Shown here: one piece after another, positions 16,484 to 23,089 of the stretch | Numbering within the stretch: the first letter of the stretch is position 1 | Layout of the letters: each line of letters opens with the position of its first letter | NCBI GenBank assembly: GCA_040006375.1 | Contig: JBDTXD010000001.1 | Location: 1-25,592, forward strand | DNA: 25,592 nt | Direction: 5' to 3' | Origin: Actinomycetota bacterium | Lineage (GTDB): Bacteria > Actinomycetota > UBA4738 > HRBIN12 | Program-made: the position numbers and the translations under genes | The notes under the pieces: generated by a model | What the model saw: only the letters and a program-made list of their open reading frames with translations | Told to the model about the DNA's origin: nothing | Database searches by the model: none

Positions 16484-17698
16484 CTACCCCAAGGAGTCCG
16501 CGATGGCGAACGCTGCGTCGATCGTCCACCGGTCCGCGAGCGGATCGAGTGCCGTTCGCCACGTGGAGAACTTCGCGATCACCGTTTCCGTGGGCATGTG
16601 TACGAATACCATCTGCCCATTGATGCCGAGGCCGGCGTACGCCGCGACGTCTGGCGAGAGCACCCACCATTTATCACGGTAGTGGGCGCCCGGGCGCCGG
16701 TCCGCCGCGTCGGCCCCCTGCGCATACGCCTCAACACCGTCGGGCGCTCCGGCGACGACGTCGGCGATCCACGCAGCCGGCACGATCTGCCGCCCGTCGC
16801 GTTCCCCGCCCCTCGCGAACAGGAGGCCGAACCGCGCGAGGTCTCTGAGCGAGGTACACACCCCGCCGTCGGCCATCGCGTTCCCGTGCCCGTCCACCGT
16901 GACCTCCGCGTCATGCTCGGCGCCCATCGGCTGCCACACCTCCCGGGAGATCAGCTCGGCGAGCCTTGCGCCGGCGGCGCGTTCGATCACCCAGCCCAGG
17001 ACGTCGGTAAGGACCGACCGATAGCGGAACGGACCACCGTGCGGGCCGTCGTTGACCAGGGTGGCGAAATATGCGGTCGCATCGGCTGGCAGGTCGCGTC
17101 CGGTCGGGGGTCGCCAGAGGTAGATCTCCTCGTAGATCCGAACTTCAGCATCCAGATCCTCATAGTCCTCGTTGAACCGCGTGCCCGTTCGCATGTCCAG
17201 AAGGTGCTGCACGGTCGCCCCGTCGAAGCTGGAGCCTCGGAGCTCGGGTAGCACGTCGGTGACCGGCGCGCCGGCCGACAGCTGGCCACGGCCGATGAGG
17301 ATGCCGGCCACGGTGGATGTCACCGACTTCGACACGCTCATAAGCAGGTGAGTCGTGTCCGGGGTCATGCCGTTGAGATAGCGCTCCGTCACCACCTTGC
17401 CGTGGTGCAGGACCATGAACCCGTCGGTTGCCGTGTCCTCCAGCATCCGGCCAACGGTCAGGGTCTTACGTCCGGACGTGAACGTGAGGTCCTCGAGATC
17501 GCGTTCGGCCCGAGGCAGGTCCCACACCTGCCCCTGACCACGCGAGATGCGGGCGGTCGGGATGAGATCGCGGACATGTTGGAACCCCCATCGGTTGAAG
17601 GGCGGGTCCTGCCAGTTCGCGAGGGTGACCAGACGATCGGCGGGCGGAGGTGTTCCCTCCATGAGGTGGAGTTCGGCGGCGGTCCGATAGCGCGGCAT
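16484..17698 (-). CDS. Serine hydrolase, beta-lactamase/class C family, 6-aminohexanoate-dimer hydrolase (NylB)-like
   Basis: HLLMSVSKS (SxxK), NEDY, FRYRSVLTDVLG (catalytic Tyr), GGVCTSLRDLAR, GINGQ, and N-terminal TLANWQDPPFNRWGF. Confidence 0.9.
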   Translation of the reverse strand: MPRYRTAAELHLMEGTPPPADRLVTLANWQDPPFNRWGFQHVRDLIPTARISRGQGQVWDLPRAERDLEDLTFTSGRKTLTVGRMLEDTATDGFMVLHHGKVVTERYLNGMTPDTTHLLMSVSKSVTSTVAGILIGRGQLSAGAPVTDVLPELRGSSFDGATVQHLLDMRTGTRFNEDYEDLDAEVRIYEEIYLWRPPTGRDLPADATAYFATLVNDGPHGGPFRYRSVLTDVLGWVIERAAGARLAELISREVWQPMGAEHDAEVTVDGHGNAMADGGVCTSLRDLARFGLLFARGGERDGRQIVPAAWIADVVAGAPDGVEAYAQGADAADRRPGAHYRDKWWVLSPDVAAYAGLGINGQMVFVHMPTETVIAKFSTWRTALDPLADRWTIDAAFAIADSLG

Positions 17699-17704
17699 CG
17701 CGCG

Positions 17705-17710
17705 AACCTA
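17705..17710 (-). promoter_or_regulatory. Putative -10 box (TAGGTT), leaderless start at 17698
   Basis: TANNNT 6 nt before the ATG. Confidence 0.55.
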
Positions 17711-17753
17711 CCGCCGGTCATCCTCCGGCGACAACGCCCTATGGCGCCAGACA

Positions 17754-17759
17754 TACACT
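17754..17759 (+). promoter_or_regulatory. Putative -10 box (TACACT), leaderless start at 17766
   Basis: TANNNT 6 nt before the ATG. Confidence 0.55.
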
Positions 17760-17765
17760 CACGCG

Positions 17766-19163
17766 ATGGAGGTCGAACCCCCGGCAACCGATGCGGCTCC
17801 ACCCTGGCGCGAGGTGTTCCACGGCCGCCGGGGCCGGCTGGCTGCGGGGCTACTGCTCTTGGAGGCGATCGCCGCCATCCAGTACCTGGCGATCGCCACG
17901 ATCATGCCCGATGTGCGCAAGGACCTCGGCATGGTCCAGCTGTACGGATTGGCGTTCACCGCATCGAGCCTTGCGATGCTCGCCTCCATCCCCATCGCCG
18001 GGAAGGCCGTCGATCGGTTCGGGCCGCGCCGGGTCCTGCTCCAGGCGCTCGCGCTGATGGGGAGCGGCCTCATGATCTCGGGAGCCGCGGTCGCGATGCC
18101 GATGCTCCTCGCCGGCCAGTTCGTGTTGGGGGCGGGTGGCGGCGGCCTCTATGCGTTCTCGCTGGGGACGGTGGCCAAGACGTTCCCGGAACGCCTCCAA
18201 CCCCGGGTGCTCGCGCTGCTCTCGAGCATGTGGATCCTCCCCGGCCTGATCGGCCCGCCGTTCGCGGCGCTCATCGCGAGCACCGTCGGCTGGCGATGGG
18301 CCTTCATCGCCCCGATCCCGCTCCTGGGGCTCGGCTGGCTCCTCATGGCGCCCGCGGTCGGTCTGGTGCCCGCGCCCGAGAACGCTCGAACGCCGCTCGC
18401 TCCCCGGTGGCCGCTGCAGCTGATGGTGGGCGCCGGGCTCGTATTCACCTCCCTGGCGGTGGTCGAATGGTGGGCGCCGATACTGGTGGTGGGCGGCTTC
18501 GTGATCGCGTGGCCCGCGCTCCGGCAGATCGTCGTGCCCGGGACGCTGCTCGCAGCGCCGGGGATCCCCGCGGCGGGCGCGTCCGCGTTCCTCCTGTCGT
18601 TCGGATTCATCGCGTCGGATTCGTTCCTCACCCTCATGCTGACGGGGGTGCGAGGGCTTTCGCTCGGGGTCGCGAGCCTCGCGCTCACCGCCGCGACGCT
18701 GACGTGGTCGGCCGGGAGCGTGTGGCAGTCGGGACGAACGGCCCGTTTCTCGCTATCGCGGCTCATGCAGATCGGCGTAGCGTTCATCATCCTGGGCGAG
18801 ATCGCCGTGTTCGCAACGCTGTGGACAGCCGTCCCGGCCGCTGCGGCGTTCGCGGGGTGGGTGTTCGTCGGCCTGGGGATGGGGATCGCGTTCCCGATCC
18901 CGTCGCTAGCGACGATGCAGCAGTCCGGCCCCGGACAGGAGGGACGGCAGCTGTCGTCGGTCTTGCTCATGGACATGCTCGGAGTGGCGAGTGGCGCGGG
19001 GTTGGGAGGCGCCGCCGTTGCGGTGGCGAATGCCACACACATCTCCTTGGCCGTCGGGATCGGTGCCTCCTACGTGATGGGTCTCTTCGCGCTGGCCGCA
19101 CTCATGGTCACCGCGCCGCGGTTGATCGCGAGGAGCCGGGCACAGTCGGCGCTTCAGGCCTGA
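17766..19163 (+). CDS. MFS transporter
   Basis: Many hydrophobic helices, motif A-like GKAVDRFGPRR, GQFVLGAGGGG and ILPGLIGPPFAA. Confidence 0.9.
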   Translation: MEVEPPATDAAPPWREVFHGRRGRLAAGLLLLEAIAAIQYLAIATIMPDVRKDLGMVQLYGLAFTASSLAMLASIPIAGKAVDRFGPRRVLLQALALMGSGLMISGAAVAMPMLLAGQFVLGAGGGGLYAFSLGTVAKTFPERLQPRVLALLSSMWILPGLIGPPFAALIASTVGWRWAFIAPIPLLGLGWLLMAPAVGLVPAPENARTPLAPRWPLQLMVGAGLVFTSLAVVEWWAPILVVGGFVIAWPALRQIVVPGTLLAAPGIPAAGASAFLLSFGFIASDSFLTLMLTGVRGLSLGVASLALTAATLTWSAGSVWQSGRTARFSLSRLMQIGVAFIILGEIAVFATLWTAVPAAAAFAGWVFVGLGMGIAFPIPSLATMQQSGPGQEGRQLSSVLLMDMLGVASGAGLGGAAVAVANATHISLAVGIGASYVMGLFALAALMVTAPRLIARSRAQSALQA

Positions 19164-19361
19164 TCGTCCGCGGCTCTCGTGACATCGGCGACCGCCGCCG
19201 CGGTCGCCGCGAGAAGGCCCGCGTCTCGGCGAACGACGGTCGAGTTCTATGCCCTGCAGCTCGGCGCTCTCCGCTGCGCTGTGGGCCAACGCAGTCTGCA
19301 CCGGCGTGAACGGTACGTCGAGATCTGTGAGTGCGCGGATGGCCGGCGTATCCAGAGCCAC
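19154..19361 (-). pseudogene. Internally deleted, frameshifted YbaK/EbsC (aminoacyl-tRNA deacylase)-like remnant
   Basis: GTG19361 opens ALDTPAIRALTDLDVPFTPVQTALAHSAAESAELQGIELDR (YbaK-like N-terminus). After a frame change near 19240 it reads VVRRDAGLLAATAAAVADVTRAADDQA* (YbaK-like C-terminus). The span is 208 nt, not a multiple of 3. Confidence 0.6.
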
Positions 19362-19368
19362 GACGTCG

Positions 19369-20277
19369 TCAGAACTTCTGCGCGCGAGTGGAAACCAACA
19401 GCACGGCTCCGGCAGCGAGCCCGAAGAGCGCCGCCAACCCGACGAAGAGCCCGGCGGAATGGCCGATGGCCAGATCCACCGACAGGGTCGAGCCCAGGGA
19501 TGCGTAGACGCTGGTCAACTGGCTCGCGGTTTGAGCGGTGAAGGTCTGCCCGTCGGTGGTCGTCGCGATCTGGCGGAGGAGCCCGGTGTCGGCGCCCCCC
19601 GTTGCGGTCTCGACGCCGAGCGCCACCGTGAAGACCGGGACCTCGAGTTCGGCCGCCCGCGAGGCCGCCGTCGCGGGTGCGACCGTGCTGCCGGTGTCCA
19701 GCCCATCCGACAGGAGTAGGACCGCCGCGGGACCCTTGCCGTCGGCTCGCCAGTCAGCCTCCATGGCATCGAGTGCGGTGGCCAGTCCGTCGCCGATGAC
19801 GGTGCCCTGCTCGGTGGTGACTCCGGCGAGCGCGGCTGTCACGCGGCCCCGCTCCAACGTCGGCGCCACTGTCAGGTCCGCGGTGCCGGCGAACGTCACC
19901 AGCCCGACGCGGAAGTCCGCAGGCAGGGCGCGAAGGAACGCGCCCGCGGCGGATTTCGCCGCATCCAGCCGGGTCGGGGTCACGTCGGCCTGATCCATGG
20001 AATCGGACGTGTCGATGACCAGGATCACCGTTCCCTGGGTCACCTGACGGCTCAACCGGAACTGCGTAACGGCGATGGCGAGGAACGCGACCGCGACCGC
20101 CAAGAGCAGGAAGGGCGCCGCACGCACGTAGAGCGGCCGACGCGTCGAACGGTAAACCGGCCGGAATGCCCTCCCCTTGGCCTCGACGGGCTTGCGCTCA
20201 CGGGCGTTGACGAAGAGATAGGCACTCCCGAGAACCAGCGCGATGAGGATGACGGTGAGAACGAGTGGGCTCGTCAC
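19369..20277 (-). CDS. VWA domain membrane protein (BatA/Rv1481-like)
   Basis: MIDAS DTSDS, GLVTFAG, GTVIGDGL and VLLLSDG. TM helices at the N- and C-termini. Confidence 0.88.
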   Translation of the reverse strand: MTSPLVLTVILIALVLGSAYLFVNARERKPVEAKGRAFRPVYRSTRRPLYVRAAPFLLLAVAVAFLAIAVTQFRLSRQVTQGTVILVIDTSDSMDQADVTPTRLDAAKSAAGAFLRALPADFRVGLVTFAGTADLTVAPTLERGRVTAALAGVTTEQGTVIGDGLATALDAMEADWRADGKGPAAVLLLSDGLDTGSTVAPATAASRAAELEVPVFTVALGVETATGGADTGLLRQIATTTDGQTFTAQTASQLTSVYASLGSTLSVDLAIGHSAGLFVGLAALFGLAAGAVLLVSTRAQKF

Positions 20278-20283
20278 ACGGTG

Positions 20284-20289
20284 AGCCTA
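20284..20289 (-). promoter_or_regulatory. Putative -10 box (TAGGCT), leaderless start at 20277
   Basis: TANNNT 6 nt before the GTG. Confidence 0.55.
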
Positions 20290-20318
20290 CGACGAGCGAG
20301 CAGTATCTATCGACAGGC

Positions 20319-20915
20319 TCAGCGGGCGGGTCTCCACATCGTCGTCACCGTGGGGCCGCCTTCTGGGAGCGTGAAGGAGCCGCGCTGGCCGAATCCGAGC
20401 CTGCCGTAGTGATCCAGGTTCGCATCATTGGTCGACTCCAAGTACGCGGGCATGTGCAGCCGGTCGATCTCGGCGAGGTTCCCAAGGATGAGCGCTCCCC
20501 CGAAGCCCGCGCCCCGACGATCGGCGTGCGTTCCCCACAGGCTCAGATAGAAGTGTGGCTCATCACGGGGATGGTTCTCCTCGAAGAGGCGGATGATCTC
20601 GGGGAGCAGGCGGGCGCGATCGTTCGCGAGGGCGGAGATGAATGGCTCGATCTCTTCTTCCTCCGTTGGCGTCAGCTCCGTCCCCCCAGGGGGGATCCAG
20701 AGCGCGACCGACTCGCAGGCTCCGGTCACGCGGAGCCAGGGATATCTAAGGGCGCTCGTGAGCAGGAACGACCACCATGCGGACACCGCACTGGGGGCCG
20801 CCCCCTCCAGCGCCCATCCCCACGCCGGATCCTGCGTGAACGCCGACGCGATCGTGCGCGTGGCTGCCGGGATGTCGCCCGCTTCCGCGACGCGGATGGT
20901 GATGCCGGCGGTCAC
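20319..20915 (-). CDS. GNAT family N-acetyltransferase
   Basis: AFTQDPAWGW, HFYLSLWGTHADRRGAGFGGAL (motif A) and PAYLESTNDANLDHYGRLGF. GTG20915 overlaps the upstream stop (GTGA). Confidence 0.88.
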   Translation of the reverse strand: MTAGITIRVAEAGDIPAATRTIASAFTQDPAWGWALEGAAPSAVSAWWSFLLTSALRYPWLRVTGACESVALWIPPGGTELTPTEEEEIEPFISALANDRARLLPEIIRLFEENHPRDEPHFYLSLWGTHADRRGAGFGGALILGNLAEIDRLHMPAYLESTNDANLDHYGRLGFGQRGSFTLPEGGPTVTTMWRPAR

Positions 20916-21592
20916 CCTGAGCCCCCGGATCGGTCCTCGATCTCCCACGCATGGTCCAGGACATGCCACGCCGCCCGGCGGACGAAGTACCGGGCAGACC
21001 ACATCGCACCTCCGCGGGGCCCCGTCGCCGGGAGCCCTTCTGTGACGGCGCGCGCCAGCCCCTCCAGGACCGCTTCGCGCAACGCGGGATACGAGGCGCG
21101 CGGGTCGGCGGTCACATCGGGCGACCGGACAGCGATCTTCCGCGCGTAACTCGACTCAGCGCCGGCGACATGGGCCAGGATGCCATCGAGATCGCGGCCT
21201 CCACCTCGCGGGCCGCGCGCCAGGGTCACGCCGGCAGCGGTCTCCGTTGCCCTGTCGAGCGCGTCCCAGGTCGCCCGGAGCACGGCCTGCAACCGGCGGA
21301 GCTCTGGCGGCCGCATCGCCGACGCATCCCCGGAAGGAGCGATGGACGGCGCGCCGAAATCCGTCGTGCTGTCGCCGGTGAGCCGTTCGCGAACGGTGAA
21401 CGACGACGCGCGCTTCGGGGGAGCGAATGCGGGCCGGACGCCCGAGCCGGACATGACACCGGCATACCGAGGGCCGTAGGACAGGAGCGCCTCGATGGCG
21501 CCGGTCTCATCGCGCGCCGTTCGACACCATCCCGGCCAGGCGATCGCCCCGGCGAAGACGCGCCTGTCCCCCGCCTCCAGGTAGATGTCCAC
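20912..21592 (-). CDS. Conserved hypothetical protein with a C-terminal DinB-like His triad
   Basis: FAGAIAWPGWCR N-terminal motif, ILAHVAGAE, and WSARYFVRRAAWHVLDHAWEIED. Confidence 0.75.
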   Translation of the reverse strand: MDIYLEAGDRRVFAGAIAWPGWCRTARDETGAIEALLSYGPRYAGVMSGSGVRPAFAPPKRASSFTVRERLTGDSTTDFGAPSIAPSGDASAMRPPELRRLQAVLRATWDALDRATETAAGVTLARGPRGGGRDLDGILAHVAGAESSYARKIAVRSPDVTADPRASYPALREAVLEGLARAVTEGLPATGPRGGAMWSARYFVRRAAWHVLDHAWEIEDRSGGSG

Positions 21593-21598
21593 CCATCC

Positions 21599-21604
21599 AG
21601 CCTA
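21599..21604 (-). promoter_or_regulatory. Putative -10 box (TAGGCT), leaderless start at 21592
   Basis: TANNNT 6 nt before the GTG. Confidence 0.55.
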
Positions 21605-21651
21605 CGAAGCGCAGCGGCAACCGTGCGTCCCACCTGCGAGACTCCCGAGCC

Positions 21652-22020
21652 GTGACGCTCCGCGAGACATTCCAGGCAGAACTCGACCGATTCGGGGTGC
21701 AGTGGTGTGCGGGCCCATGTCGGTACCGGAACAGCCACCGCCGGGGGTTCGCTACCCAGGGGACCGTGCACCTGGACGCGAAGATCGGCACGCGTCGCTC
21801 CCTCTATCGGGGGCTGCACGAGATCGGGCACATCGTCCTGGGGCACGACCGGCGAGGGCGCAAACGCCGTTGGCAGGTCGAGGCGGAGGCGGAGGCGTGG
21901 GCACAGGAGCGCATGGCCGAACTCGGTCTCGAGCCACCGCCCGAGATCGTGGACGCCGGCCGCGCCTATGTGGCCAGGATGAAACGATGGGGCGACAACA
22001 TCAGCCGAGCGCTGGACTGA
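21652..22020 (+). CDS. Small IrrE/ImmA-like HExxH metallopeptidase-domain protein
   Basis: LHEIGHIVLGH followed by EAEAEAWA (downstream Glu ligand). Fills the gap between the flanking genes. Confidence 0.7.
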   Translation: MTLRETFQAELDRFGVQWCAGPCRYRNSHRRGFATQGTVHLDAKIGTRRSLYRGLHEIGHIVLGHDRRGRKRRWQVEAEAEAWAQERMAELGLEPPPEIVDAGRAYVARMKRWGDNISRALD

Positions 22021-22027
22021 GCTGCGC

Positions 22028-22432
22028 TTAGCGCTGTGTGAGCCTGAATACCGGGATCTTCCGCGCCGTCTTCGTCTCGTACTCCGCGAACTGGGGCATG
22101 ATGCCGACCATCCCGGCATAGAGCCGATCGCGCTCCTCACCCGTGGCCTCAGCGGCCTCGACGTCGATCGACTCGGTGCCCGCCTCGATGTGGGCCTGCG
22201 GGTTCGCCCTGAGGTTGTGGTACCACGCCGGGTGGGTGTCCGAGCCGTTCGCCGAAGCGATGACGACCCACGCATCACCGTCGCGGTAGCACGCCAGTGG
22301 CGTGGTGTGTTTGTTCCCGGTCTTCGCGCCCGTGCTGGTGAGTAGCAGCAGCGTCTTACCTTCGAAATACCCGCCGACAACACCCTCGTTGTCCCTGAAC
22401 TCCTGGATGATCCCTGCGTTCCAGTCGCTCAC
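22028..22432 (-). CDS. Deazaflavin (F420)-dependent nitroreductase/quinone reductase (Ddn family)
   Basis: WNAGIIQEFR, LLLLTSTGAKTG...TPL, VIASANGSDTHPAWYHNLRANP and FAEYETKTARKIPV. Strong AGGAGG SD before GTG22432. Confidence 0.92.
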   Translation of the reverse strand: MSDWNAGIIQEFRDNEGVVGGYFEGKTLLLLTSTGAKTGNKHTTPLACYRDGDAWVVIASANGSDTHPAWYHNLRANPQAHIEAGTESIDVEAAEATGEERDRLYAGMVGIMPQFAEYETKTARKIPVFRLTQR

Positions 22433-22506
22433 CGTCTCCTCCTTCTGATCGCCTCGTTGCAGCATACGCAGGAGCCGAGGAAACGTGAGGCGCTGCGCGA
22501 GGCCGG

Positions 22507-22512
22507 TACCCT
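22507..22512 (+). promoter_or_regulatory. Putative -10 box (TACCCT), leaderless start at 22520
   Basis: TANNNT 7 nt before the ATG. Confidence 0.55.
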
Positions 22513-22519
22513 GGCTCGG

Positions 22520-23074
22520 ATGGACATCGACATCGACTTCAGCCCTCTGGAAACGGAACGCCTGCAGCTGCGTCGCTCCGATCCCGAGGACGCCGGCTCG
22601 ATCTCCGCCTACCGGAGCGATCCGCAGGTCAATCGGTACCAGGGCTGGGAGCGCACGGACCCCGACGGCATCCGCGGCGAGATCGAACTCATGGCGACCC
22701 GATCGCCGGGTGAGGCCGGGGGTTGGGTGCAGCTCTCCGTGATCGAACGCGACACGGGAACGCTGGTCGGCGATGTGGGATTCAGTGCAGCCGAGGGCGA
22801 ACCCGGCGTGATCAAGGTCGGGTACACGATGGCGCCGGTGTTTCAAGGGATGGGCTACGCCACCGAAGCCGTCGCGGCGATCATCGCCTACGCGTTCGAC
22901 AAGCTGGGTGCACGGGTGGCGCGCGCGTACGCCAGTGCGGAGAACATCCCGTCCATCCGCGTCGCCGAGAAGGTTGGGATGCGACTGATGGAACGCTTCG
23001 AACACCACTCGGACGGCGAGACGTGGCACGGCGTTCGCTACGAACTGCGACGCGAGGACGCCGCGCCGGCCTGA
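22520..23074 (+). CDS. GNAT acetyltransferase, RimJ/RimL family
   Basis: LETERLQLRR, LVGDVG, VGYTMAPVFQGMGYATEA and ENIPSIRVAEKVGM. Confidence 0.9.
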   Translation: MDIDIDFSPLETERLQLRRSDPEDAGSISAYRSDPQVNRYQGWERTDPDGIRGEIELMATRSPGEAGGWVQLSVIERDTGTLVGDVGFSAAEGEPGVIKVGYTMAPVFQGMGYATEAVAAIIAYAFDKLGARVARAYASAENIPSIRVAEKVGMRLMERFEHHSDGETWHGVRYELRREDAAPA

Positions 23075-23089
23075 GGTAAGTGTTGCCGT

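Noticed and set aside
19186-19209. 10-bp GC hairpin (CGGCGACCGC-CGCC-GCGGTCGCCG) between convergent genes as a terminator
   Set aside because: It has no U-tract and falls inside the Ala-rich codons of the YbaK-like remnant, which explain it.
17348-19309. 653-aa plus-strand ORF
   Set aside because: It is an off-frame overlap of the MFS gene with Arg/Gly/Pro-rich composition and no domain signature.
22433-23029. N-terminal extension making the Ddn ORF 333 aa
   Set aside because: It is antisense to the RimJ-like GNAT, and a strong AGGAGG SD marks GTG22432 as the real start.
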